Virus record (IMG/VR): IMGVR_UViG_3300034777_000158
Location: 1 to 46,538 of that record
From: a virus
Lineage: Duplodnaviria; Caudoviricetes
Length of the DNA: 46,538 bases
Direction: 5' to 3' (one strand)
Shown here: piece after piece, positions 9,238-18,043 of the stretch
Numbering within the stretch: the stretch's first letter is position 1
Layout: every line of letters starts with the position of its first letter
Position numbers and translations under genes: made by a program
Notes under the pieces: model-generated
Seen by the model: the letters and a program-made list of their open reading frames with translations, nothing else
Told to the model about the DNA's origin: nothing
Database searches by the model: none

Positions 9238-9903
9238 ATGGGTAGCACAGCGTTAGCAATTAAAGAAGACAATGTACCAGCACACGTAGCAGCCTCAATG
9301 GGCTCTGGACGTGGTAATGAAAACGTTGGATCAGAGGTTCAGATCCCTCGTTTGAAATTGCTGCAGAAAATGCACGACGAAGTAGACAAAAACCACCCCA
9401 AGTTTGTGAAAGGGGCAGAGGTAGGTTTGTTCTACAACACACTTACCGACGAAGTCTATTCAGATACTCTCCACATCATCAGCATCACTTTTAGCAGTGA
9501 ATACACTGTCTGGAAAAACCGTGAAGCTGGCGGTGGCTTACTTGGTAGTTACGGCTCAGCAATCGCAGCCGAAGAAGCTATCCAGGCAACAGGTAGACCT
9601 GATGACTACACGGTAAATCCAACACACCGACACATGTTAGTACTCAAAGACGCCGAGACTGGCAAGCTAGAAGGCCCAGTAGTTATGGACTTCGCTAACA
9701 CCAAGCTCAGAGTATCTAAGACTTGGAACAGCCAGATTGGTATGAAAGGCGGCGACCGTTTCGCTGGCTTGTGGACCATGCAAGCTGTACCAGCAAGCAA
9801 CGATAAAGGTTCATGGTTGAACCTAGACGTTTCGTTTGCAGGCTGGACCAAAGAAGAAGACTACCGATTTGCTGAAGGACTATACGAACAGCACGGTCAG
9901 TAA
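9238..9903 (+). CDS. Putative ssDNA-binding / annealing protein
   Basis: IPRLKLLQ...FYNT motif and position in the replication module; function inferred. Confidence 0.45.
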   Translation: MGSTALAIKEDNVPAHVAASMGSGRGNENVGSEVQIPRLKLLQKMHDEVDKNHPKFVKGAEVGLFYNTLTDEVYSDTLHIISITFSSEYTVWKNREAGGGLLGSYGSAIAAEEAIQATGRPDDYTVNPTHRHMLVLKDAETGKLEGPVVMDFANTKLRVSKTWNSQIGMKGGDRFAGLWTMQAVPASNDKGSWLNLDVSFAGWTKEEDYRFAEGLYEQHGQ

Positions 9904-9985
9904 CTATTCCTCCAGGTCAAGGGCGCGGGATTGCGTCCTAATTCAACGGGCTGGCCCACCGTTGACCGAAACGGGCTCTTAATCT

Positions 9986-10417
9986 ATGAACGAGCACAGT
10001 TTTGTAAGATCTATACATAACGCTCTGTCACCCGACGTGTATAAGTGGAAGATCCACGATACATATACGGGAGGTGTCCCCGACGCCATGTATGCAGGTC
10101 CTGCAGGTGTGCTCTTCGTAGAGTATAAGTACGTTAAATCCCTTCCCAAGAAAGACACAACCGTGATCCGTCATTCGTTGTCCGCGCTTCAGTGTGCGTG
10201 GCTCGAGCGCATGAAAGGGTCAACAAATGTCGCACTAATATTAGGAGTAGGTACTACGGCACTAATAATAGTAGATGACTTCTCAGCTAATATATGTAAA
10301 TCTACATATGTAGAGCAAAGTATTCCACGTCGGCAGGTAGCCCAGTGGATTTATGATGTAACACACTCAGGACGAGCACATGAAAAAAACAAGCGAACTG
10401 CCCCAAGCCGTGAATAA
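9986..10417 (+). CDS. VRR-NUC / Holliday-junction resolvase-like nuclease
   Basis: E...GVPD...FVEYK...LSALQ..W. Confidence 0.8.
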   Translation: MNEHSFVRSIHNALSPDVYKWKIHDTYTGGVPDAMYAGPAGVLFVEYKYVKSLPKKDTTVIRHSLSALQCAWLERMKGSTNVALILGVGTTALIIVDDFSANICKSTYVEQSIPRRQVAQWIYDVTHSGRAHEKNKRTAPSRE

Positions 10418-10961
10418 TTTGCGAGCTATCTGGGAAAAGAAAAAAGTAGAAATGCAATTCACCCAAGTCGAGGCTGCCAAAGAGCTCGGCTGGTCACAAG
10501 GTGCTATCTCGCACTACCTCAATAACATTACAGATCTAGGTACCGCCGCAACTATTAAGTTTGCTAATTTTTTAGGTGTAGACCCTATAGAGATTGACCC
10601 AGATATAACAGAGTTCATGCCTGACATACGCACTCGAGTAATAAAGTACGACGCAACTAACCTTTCAAAACCAATCAAAGAAAAAATTTACCTCAGTCAC
10701 CCTGACTCAGCTTTTTTAGTTAGAACCCACACATCTACATTCATTCCCTTAAATCCCAACATCATTGAGAAGGTTGATGTTGAGTACTTAACGCGAGTGT
10801 GCCCGCCCAAAGACTATCCTGGTGCCAGTATTTTTTTAGTACAGCTGAAAGGTAAAAAAGAAGCCCTAATGTACCGAAAAGAAAACCTCCCGCCCGAAAA
10901 AACAATAGCAAAAAAGTACGCCGTACTTTCAACTGCGATGCTCTCTAAAACGAATTTGTAA
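10380..10961 (+). CDS. XRE-family (lambda CI-like) transcriptional regulator
   Basis: LRAIWEKKK...TQVEAAKELGWSQGAISHYLN HTH. Confidence 0.85.
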   Translation: MKKTSELPQAVNNLRAIWEKKKVEMQFTQVEAAKELGWSQGAISHYLNNITDLGTAATIKFANFLGVDPIEIDPDITEFMPDIRTRVIKYDATNLSKPIKEKIYLSHPDSAFLVRTHTSTFIPLNPNIIEKVDVEYLTRVCPPKDYPGASIFLVQLKGKKEALMYRKENLPPEKTIAKKYAVLSTAMLSKTNL

Positions 10962-10975
10962 AAAACCTCGACACT

Positions 10976-11007
10976 TAATACTAAAGCTAATATTATTAAC
11001 TCTAATA
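10976..11007. promoter_or_regulatory. Two degenerate tandem operator copies upstream of xis
   Basis: taatac-taaag-ctaata and tattat-taact-ctaata, followed by TATAAT. Confidence 0.45.
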
Positions 11008-11040
11008 TAATGATTCACATTATTGCAGGAGGCATATTAA

Positions 11041-11253
11041 GTGGAAGAACTCTTATTAGAGAAGTACGGCCCATTCATGGATTTAGAAGAACTGGCCGTT
11101 CTACTAAGAATTAAAAGACAGTCTTTATATCAACAGATCTACCGGCGCGGTTTAGACATACCTCATGTAAAACGCGGGAAAAAATATCTTTTCCCCACCC
11201 AAGAAGTATCTAACTACCTTACATCCCAGCTAAGTCTGCCGGTCGGAGATTAA
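11041..11253 (+). CDS. Excisionase / AlpA-like HTH protein
   Basis: MDLEELAVLLRIKRQSLY...IPHVKRGKKYLF; AGGAGG RBS; convergent with the integrase. Confidence 0.8.
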   Translation: MEELLLEKYGPFMDLEELAVLLRIKRQSLYQQIYRRGLDIPHVKRGKKYLFPTQEVSNYLTSQLSLPVGD

Positions 11254-12217
11254 CGTACCTAGAAAGCTGATCAAGGGTGCGGTGACCTGACACTACCCGT
11301 ACCTGTTCTACCCTCATACCCTTCTCAAACAACCGACTTATCGCTTCGTGCCGCAAATCATGGAAGCGTAAGTCGACAATCCCTAACTTCTTAGTCATCT
11401 TGGCAAACTTGTCAGAAATGCTCGCTGCACGCTTTACAGGGATAAGGTTTGGCCCTTGCCCAAACACATTCTGTGCACGTAGGAGCGCCTCTCTCACGCC
11501 CCCTAAAAGCGGTATTTGCTGCTCTGATTGGCCGCCCTGGGCGTCCTTATCTTTGCGCATTAATCGGATCACACCTTTACTTTCGTTGATATCTGACCAC
11601 TTCAGCGCGTGTATTTCACCCTGGCGCATGGCCGATTCGATTGCCACGTCTATTGCAGCAGTCATCCAATGTCCTGCTGCCTCATCCATCAACGCTTCAT
11701 ACTCTCCTGGTTCTAATCGACGGTCCCGCCGCTTACTCCCCATGATTAATTTCTTCTTCTTCAGCTCGTCGATCGCCATGTCCACAACAGGCAGCTCAGT
11801 TTTTATCCTGCTGTTCTCGACGGCCTGCTTCAGGTAGTACATTTGTGTCTGCAGTGTGCTTGCGCATATTGTCTCTAACCGAAATGCAGCGAAGTTCAGA
11901 CAGTCATCGAAAGTCATATCGTGTATCGATACACCGTAAAAGTATTCTTTGATTTGGTTTAACTGACCCAATTTAGGACCAGCGACCTCTAGGCCAAACC
12001 TTTCGTAGGAGTAGACAAGGTCATCGACAATGTCCTCAATGAGCGAGGACCGCGAACAACGGGTATCGATCCACGAACCGTTGTCCATGCTCGACTCTAT
12101 GCGCCGTGTCCAGGCGAGAGCTGCTGCTTTAGTTAAGAAAGATTTTGATTGAGGCGAATGCCCCTTGATGCGTACCTGTGCCTGGTACTTCTTGCCCCGT
12201 TTCCGTACGGTTGCCAT
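11219..12217 (-). CDS. int: Tyrosine integrase
   Basis: R (AMRQGE), K, HDLRH, GH...Y catalytic residues; N-terminal arm-binding domain. Confidence 0.95.
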   Translation of the reverse strand: MATVRKRGKKYQAQVRIKGHSPQSKSFLTKAAALAWTRRIESSMDNGSWIDTRCSRSSLIEDIVDDLVYSYERFGLEVAGPKLGQLNQIKEYFYGVSIHDMTFDDCLNFAAFRLETICASTLQTQMYYLKQAVENSRIKTELPVVDMAIDELKKKKLIMGSKRRDRRLEPGEYEALMDEAAGHWMTAAIDVAIESAMRQGEIHALKWSDINESKGVIRLMRKDKDAQGGQSEQQIPLLGGVREALLRAQNVFGQGPNLIPVKRAASISDKFAKMTKKLGIVDLRFHDLRHEAISRLFEKGMRVEQVRVVSGHRTLDQLSRYVNLRPADLAGM

Positions 12218-12287
12218 AGTGTGACCCTGGTGTGACTGAGGGTCTAATTCTATAACTTTTCCTATCTAAATCATACACTTACATGTG

Positions 12288-12307
12288 TGGCGGAGAGGGA
12301 GGGATTC
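12288..12307 (-). other. attP core matching a tRNA-Ser 3' end
   Basis: Minus strand reads GAATCCCTCCCTCTCCGCCA (T-arm 3' side, acceptor strand, discriminator G, CCA), about 70 bp upstream of int. Confidence 0.8.
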
Positions 12308-12336
12308 TGTCCTCCGCATCGCACCTTTTCGTTCTA

Positions 12337-12404
12337 TATCAATAAGTTAGGTACTACTTATGTCTATCTGTACTACAACTCCAGTTTTACGTAACTTATT
12401 GATA
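12337..12404. promoter_or_regulatory. Inverted pair of IHF consensus sites in attP
   Basis: TATCAATAAGTTA at 12337-12349 and its exact reverse complement at 12392-12404 fit WATCAANNNNTTR. Confidence 0.7.
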
Positions 12405-12447
12405 CTACTACTTAATTTATTTTATATCATTTTGCACTGTGACAATG

Positions 12448-12519
12448 TCACAGCTTCAAGTCCTGCTTGGCGATAGCACCTAGTGCTACCAGGATAAACC
12501 CTATTACGTAAAGAATCAT
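12448..12519 (-). CDS. 23-aa hydrophobic peptide
   Basis: MILYVIGFILVALGAIAKQDLKL; AGAGG RBS; TATAAT at 12551-12546. Confidence 0.45.
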   Translation of the reverse strand: MILYVIGFILVALGAIAKQDLKL

Positions 12520-12594
12520 GTGTGCCTCTGGTTGGTTGAGGCGGAATTATATAAGGGGTCAGGTCATGAATCTAATGCATTAAATGCATGGGGG

Positions 12595-12828
12595 TTATGC
12601 AAATCTATATGATCCACGATTCTTCTTACGGCTCACTACCTTCACATTACTGCTCTTGTTGTTACGGGGGTTCCCGTCCTTGTGATGCACGTCTTTTTTG
12701 TCACCCTTCTTTACCTTACCACTAGCTAAAGCTGCACGGCGCGCCTTGTTACGGCCTGCTCGACGCTTCTTCTGCTCATCAGTTTTGTGGTATTTATATT
12801 CTTCTTTGTAATCGCGCTTAGTAGCCAT
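12595..12828 (-). CDS. HNH endonuclease-like protein
   Basis: DVHHKDGNPRNN...N....NR. Confidence 0.8.
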   Translation of the reverse strand: MATKRDYKEEYKYHKTDEQKKRRAGRNKARRAALASGKVKKGDKKDVHHKDGNPRNNKSSNVKVVSRKKNRGSYRFA

Positions 12829-12829
12829 T

Positions 12830-13249
12830 CTATTCTCCGCTCGGGGGCTCTGGTAGTAACTGCTCTACGTAAAATTCTGATCCTACGTTACCCGCCAATT
12901 CCTCGTGAGCAGCAATCTCCGCTACCATTGCGGGGAAGTTTCGTAGCTCTTGTCTGTAACTTGCCCAAGCTGCTTTTACTTCTGTGCTCAGAGGGCTGTC
13001 TGCAGCCTGTGTCCAGTCGGTATCTGCTAAAAAACCTGTACGCAAGTCCCGTGCATAGCTAACTGGATCAAACTCAGGTAGGTCTAGAGGCATTATTTTT
13101 CCGCTGACAACCTGTATATCAACAAGTGCCCGCTCTTCTTCAGTCATTTGAAGGTGAGCTTCTCCCTCCTCAAGGTTAGCGTCAGCAATGGCCTGAGATG
13201 ACACTGTCATTCGCGGTTTACCTGTAGCAACATCGTAAATCAAAAACAT
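12830..13249 (-). CDS. Tail fibre assembly chaperone
   Basis: R...LADTDWTQAADSPL....AWASYRQELR; immediately downstream of the fibre gene. Confidence 0.75.
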   Translation of the reverse strand: MFLIYDVATGKPRMTVSSQAIADANLEEGEAHLQMTEEERALVDIQVVSGKIMPLDLPEFDPVSYARDLRTGFLADTDWTQAADSPLSTEVKAAWASYRQELRNFPAMVAEIAAHEELAGNVGSEFYVEQLLPEPPSGE

Positions 13250-13252
13250 AAT

Positions 13253-16200
13253 TTAAGTACTCTTATGGATTTTAAACACGCGAATAAATCCCCCATACAT
13301 CCCCTTAGAGCTGCTTGAAGCGTGATCACTAAACCCTTTGATATGACCAAATAGTTTTATCTTGTAGTCAAAAGACTGGTCAAGATATACATCCGCTGCC
13401 CCGTTACGATACGTTAAGGGCAGAGACCCATTTCGCGTTGAAGTACCTCGTCTACTCGTGACATAGGTGTATGTGCTCGAAGATGGAGCCTTTCGCAAAA
13501 TATCTAATACAATCATACTGGCTGACGTTGAAGAGTTGTTCGATAGCGACCCAAAAGGCTGCGCCCCAAAATCGATAAAATAAGTACCGCTCTCTTTTAA
13601 CGATGAAGCGGGGATATTAAGTCCATTAGGTAGTAGTTCAGATAAAGTATGAGTTGCCTGAATGGCACCGTACTGATCTAATTGCACGTACGTGCTCCAA
13701 GGCGTGGCGCTTGTAAAGAAAGATGGATTATAAGATTGATTATTCATAGTCAAGTTCCCACTCTGGAGCCCCTGAGCAATCACGCCCACTGCATCAAAAG
13801 ATAGGTTTTCATACTTCACGCCGGAGCCGTCGTTGCTCGACACCGTCTTCAGCATCAACTCGCCGGAGCTATTTTCAGCTAAAAAGTTATTGTCGATTGA
13901 GAGCTTACTCGCTTCGATAGCGTTAGTTTCAATAAGCCCCGTAACGTTTAGTGAGCCAGAGCTAATCGTGTCAGCATTGACAGACCCAATTTGTGCAGAC
14001 GTAATATCGGCGTGCTTGATACGTGCCGTATTCATGTAAACGCCGCGTGGAATAAACGGAGTAAGCAAGTTACCGTCAGTATCGAATGTCGCTGGGATAT
14101 TATTTGCTTCAATAACAAAAGGTGAGTGTCCCGCTTCTTCCCAAAGAAGCGCAGCGGAACCACTACTACCGCCTGGTCCAAGATTGGCGTGGTTTACCGT
14201 GTAGTTACTAGCTGCCTGATTGGTGCTAGTATTTACTAACTTGAACATCCACACTTTACCATTGTGGGTCACAAAGTCCCCAGTGGAATAAGAGTTGCCC
14301 ACAGCAAAAGCGGGAGCGGCGCTGGTAAGGTCGGGAGTAATCGCAAAACGATCAGCGTTTACGTAGAACTCACTTGTGTTACTGCCAGAGGCAGTAGTCG
14401 TGTTCGCTAATCCAAAGCCTGCTACGTGCCCGTTACTATCGATCTTGACAGTGTACTGTGATTCTAGGTCACCGATGTCAGTTGCTTGAGCAGTAAACTT
14501 CTGCTCCATTGTTACGTCACCAACGTTATCGATACGCAGTTCAATTGCGTCTGTTTTATCGACTAACCCTGTGCCGTTAGCATTTACAGTTGTATCCAGC
14601 GTGCTCAACGCACCAGCAAACGCCAGAGTATCAAGCTCCCATCTTGGGTTGGAACCAGTGATATTGTTATGGGGAGTAAGGTTGAAGTTAGCTATGAGCG
14701 CTTTGTAAACCTTACGGTTAGCTGTACTAGTCTCCCTATGCACGACTCTATCGCCTACTGCATAGGTGGTCGTAGTGTCCCAATCGGGCAAGCCTGTCAT
14801 CTCAGTGAAGATCGCGGCGTATGCAGCATCTACAGCGGTAGCGGTGGCTGTGTTCTGATTCGCTGTTGTTGTGTAGCTCTCAAGTAAACCAGCAGCCGTA
14901 CCTGCGTTTTCTTTAGCTGAAAACTGACCAGTTAAAGTGGCAGTTGTTGAGTAGTCGTTTGTCACTTTCGTGTCTAGGGCACTAACCGTAAGCGCACTAG
15001 CCAGAGTGTCTAATGACCACGTCGGTGTAGACCCGCTTATATTGTCGTGTGGCGTAGTGTCGCTATTGGCAATCAGAGCCTTGTAGAGCTTTTTCACGCC
15101 ATTAGTTTCTGTGTAAACAACTCTGTCACCTACTGCATAAGTAGGCGTGGCGCTCCAGTCAGCAACACCTGTCATGCTGTTGAAGATGTTGCTCTGTAAC
15201 ACCGACACGTCGCTGCTTTTTGCGTATGCAGACTCTACCTGATCAGCCGTGGTTAAAGTGTCTTGCTCCCACTTGGCAGCATCTGTGCCTGGCTCAACAT
15301 TAGTGCTAGCTGCTAGCGCTTTAAACAGCTTACCGTCGTGGGTGACAAAGTTCCCTGCAACGTAATCTACTGCTGTCACGCCTTCGGATGTACCAACCCA
15401 TGCAGAAACATTAATAAGATCAGCAAAGATTGACGACTCAAGACTATTGAGATTAGCTGCCGTCGCGTAAGTGTTCCCCGCGGTTGTTTCTGAATTTTCT
15501 ATAGCTTGCGCGATATTAGTCGCTGACTGGGTTGCGCTGATCTTAAAGGCTAACAGGTCAGTTAGATCTGAGGAGGTCGTGTAGTCGTCGTTTACTTTTG
15601 TATCTAACGCGGTCAATGCAGACGCCGCAGCAGCTGGATCAGTTAGCCATTTTGTAGTGTCCGTACCAGGCTCGACATCAGTGCTAGTAGCCTTTGCTCG
15701 GTAGATTTTACGACCGAAGTAAACTCGCGCGCCGATAGCGTAAGCGGTTGCAGAGTCCCAAGCATCAACGCCCGCAACATCCTCGAACACTGCTGCGTTC
15801 AAAAGTGAGAACTCACTTGCTGAAGCGGAATTATCGTCTGCGTATGTCTTCGCGTCTTGTAAAGCTTGAGCTGCAGCGCCAGACGTTTCTTTGCCGCCGA
15901 GAGCCGCGTTAGTTACAGCCTGACTTGCTATCGTATCTTCGTCCCAGTATTCAGGGACCGTGGGTGCCTGCTGATCGCTTGCGCTAGAGGCGTCTGTTGC
16001 TATGTAAATTTTCTTCGCATCACCAGTGCCATGCGTTACACGGTCACCAACAGCATAAGTCGTATCTGCATCATATGCAGACAGACCTGTGAGGTTGCCA
16101 AATGTTGCTGACTCCAAGTTGGTCAGCTGTGAGCTGGTAGCGAAGTTGTTATCGGCATAAGCCTGAGCGTCAGTTAGTGCTTGAGCCGCCGCACCAGAGT

Positions 16201-18043
16201 CTTCTTTATCTGCCAGCAAAAGACCTGTAGCTTCCGCTGTAGCGTAATCATCCGTAAGAGTAGTTGATAATTCACTAATCGCAGATGCAGAACTTAGGGT
16301 ATCAAGCTCCCAATAAGTACTATTTGGTGGTACCCCGTCTGTTGACGCTGCAATAGCGCGATAGAGTTTCTTACCTGAAATTACTTTGTCACCTATCTCG
16401 TAAGCAGTAGAGTCATTCCAGTCTGCGACGCCTGTCATATCGTTAAAAACAGCTGTCTCTACAGCAGTCAAAGCTGATGAGGTAGCAAAGTTGTTGTCCG
16501 CATAAGCCTGAGCATCAGAGAGCGCCGTTGCAGCGGCGCCAGCGGTCTCTTTTCCTGCAAGTAAAAGATTGGTATCAGCAGCCGTAGCGTAGTCATCAGT
16601 TAATGTTGTGGACAGATCACTAACCGCAGACGCAGAACTTAGAGTGTCAACAACCCAGTAACTTGAATTCGGTGGCTCTTCATCTGTAGATGCGTCGCTG
16701 GCGCGGTACAGCTTCTTACCTGAAATTACCTTGTCACCTATCGCATAAGTAGCGGAGCTACTCCAATCCGACACGCCAGTCATGTCGTTGAAGACCGCAG
16801 TTTCAAGACTTGTAAGATTGTTAGCTGTTGCAGCCAAACCCGTATCAGTATGGTTAACAGCGTTAGACAACGTGGTTAAAGCGCCCGCTGTAGCTGAAAG
16901 ACCAGTGGTCGGATCGGCAACGGTTGTTTGCAGCCCCTTAATCGCAACAGCAGCAGCGGAAGTGCTATCTGATGACACGTTATTAATTTCTGTAATCGCC
17001 GCGCTGTTATCAGCAGTGACACTGGCTAGACTTGTATAGTCGCCAGTAAGTTCCCAGTCGCTATTGGTACTAGCACCATCACTGTAGGTAGGTTCAGAGT
17101 CACTGTTCGCTGCATCTGCTGACCACAGTTTGTCATCGTGCCGTACCTTATCGTCGATACTGTAAGACTCAGTGCTGTCCCACGCAGCTATACCTGTAAG
17201 GTCGTTAAGCTGCGCTTGAAGCGCGTTGGCAGAACTTGTGATGGCTGTAGCTCTAGCCGTAGCCTCGTCACTAAGTGCTGTAGCTCTCGCAGAAGCCTCA
17301 CCGCTAACCGCCGTAGCTCTAGCAGCAGCCTCATTACTAACCGCCGTAGCTCTAGCAGTGGCTTCAGCAGCAACTTGGGCTGCTACAGACCCAGCAACAG
17401 TGATGTCCCCAGAGATCTTATCGATTTCTGTTTGGAGATCAGTCGCTAACTCACTTTCAGTTATTGCATCTGTTAACACACCAAGTAGGTGGTCTACATC
17501 GGCAGCTGTTGTAGCCAGCGTGCCAGTACCAGAGTTAAATGGCCCAATGATATTAGATTGCGAAACGAACCTTATCCAGTAGTAGCGAGATGCACCTGAT
17601 CCAATTGGGTCTGCATAGGCGCGACCAGAAGACACACCTATTAACTGCGCATCACCTATCGTATCTGAATCATGCCCATAGATTTCGGCGAAAGAATGGT
17701 TGCTGTAGTTCGGGTAGTCCCAGCTCAGGTTCACTTGTGAGTAAGCTGCATTAGCCTGAAAGTTTTGAGGCGCAGGTGGTTTACTAGTATCTATTACCTC
17801 ATTCGGTCCAAAACCCCTGTTGGTACTGTTCGGGTTATTAGGGTCCCACGGCGCTGCTTTAAGGTCTTTCACCAATCCTGAATCAACCAGTTCTCGAAGC
17901 GTAACAGCCCTGTCTTTAGGATCACCTCTTCGACCAAGCCGAATCTCCACAGCCTCGATCAGATTTGTGAGGAGACCTGCAGTGTTGCGGTCAACCGAAG
18001 CGGGAGGCTTAGGTATCCCTGGTACTTTGGTTGGCTTGCTCAT
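13253..18043 (-). CDS. Large tail fibre / host-specificity protein with nine CBM5/12-like modules and a DUF1983-like region
   Basis: FN3-like N-terminus, ARATA hendecad coil, repeated W....Y.IGD.V...KLY.A modules, YTVKIDSNGHVAGFGL...FYVNADRFAI. Confidence 0.85.
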   Translation of the reverse strand: MSKPTKVPGIPKPPASVDRNTAGLLTNLIEAVEIRLGRRGDPKDRAVTLRELVDSGLVKDLKAAPWDPNNPNSTNRGFGPNEVIDTSKPPAPQNFQANAAYSQVNLSWDYPNYSNHSFAEIYGHDSDTIGDAQLIGVSSGRAYADPIGSGASRYYWIRFVSQSNIIGPFNSGTGTLATTAADVDHLLGVLTDAITESELATDLQTEIDKISGDITVAGSVAAQVAAEATARATAVSNEAAARATAVSGEASARATALSDEATARATAITSSANALQAQLNDLTGIAAWDSTESYSIDDKVRHDDKLWSADAANSDSEPTYSDGASTNSDWELTGDYTSLASVTADNSAAITEINNVSSDSTSAAAVAIKGLQTTVADPTTGLSATAGALTTLSNAVNHTDTGLAATANNLTSLETAVFNDMTGVSDWSSSATYAIGDKVISGKKLYRASDASTDEEPPNSSYWVVDTLSSASAVSDLSTTLTDDYATAADTNLLLAGKETAGAAATALSDAQAYADNNFATSSALTAVETAVFNDMTGVADWNDSTAYEIGDKVISGKKLYRAIAASTDGVPPNSTYWELDTLSSASAISELSTTLTDDYATAEATGLLLADKEDSGAAAQALTDAQAYADNNFATSSQLTNLESATFGNLTGLSAYDADTTYAVGDRVTHGTGDAKKIYIATDASSASDQQAPTVPEYWDEDTIASQAVTNAALGGKETSGAAAQALQDAKTYADDNSASASEFSLLNAAVFEDVAGVDAWDSATAYAIGARVYFGRKIYRAKATSTDVEPGTDTTKWLTDPAAAASALTALDTKVNDDYTTSSDLTDLLAFKISATQSATNIAQAIENSETTAGNTYATAANLNSLESSIFADLINVSAWVGTSEGVTAVDYVAGNFVTHDGKLFKALAASTNVEPGTDAAKWEQDTLTTADQVESAYAKSSDVSVLQSNIFNSMTGVADWSATPTYAVGDRVVYTETNGVKKLYKALIANSDTTPHDNISGSTPTWSLDTLASALTVSALDTKVTNDYSTTATLTGQFSAKENAGTAAGLLESYTTTANQNTATATAVDAAYAAIFTEMTGLPDWDTTTTYAVGDRVVHRETSTANRKVYKALIANFNLTPHNNITGSNPRWELDTLAFAGALSTLDTTVNANGTGLVDKTDAIELRIDNVGDVTMEQKFTAQATDIGDLESQYTVKIDSNGHVAGFGLANTTTASGSNTSEFYVNADRFAITPDLTSAAPAFAVGNSYSTGDFVTHNGKVWMFKLVNTSTNQAASNYTVNHANLGPGGSSGSAALLWEEAGHSPFVIEANNIPATFDTDGNLLTPFIPRGVYMNTARIKHADITSAQIGSVNADTISSGSLNVTGLIETNAIEASKLSIDNNFLAENSSGELMLKTVSSNDGSGVKYENLSFDAVGVIAQGLQSGNLTMNNQSYNPSFFTSATPWSTYVQLDQYGAIQATHTLSELLPNGLNIPASSLKESGTYFIDFGAQPFGSLSNNSSTSASMIVLDILRKAPSSSTYTYVTSRRGTSTRNGSLPLTYRNGAADVYLDQSFDYKIKLFGHIKGFSDHASSSSKGMYGGFIRVFKIHKST

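Noticed and set aside
12288-12307. tRNA gene
   Set aside because: Only the last 20 nt match; there is no complete T-loop, D arm or anticodon arm. It fits an att core.
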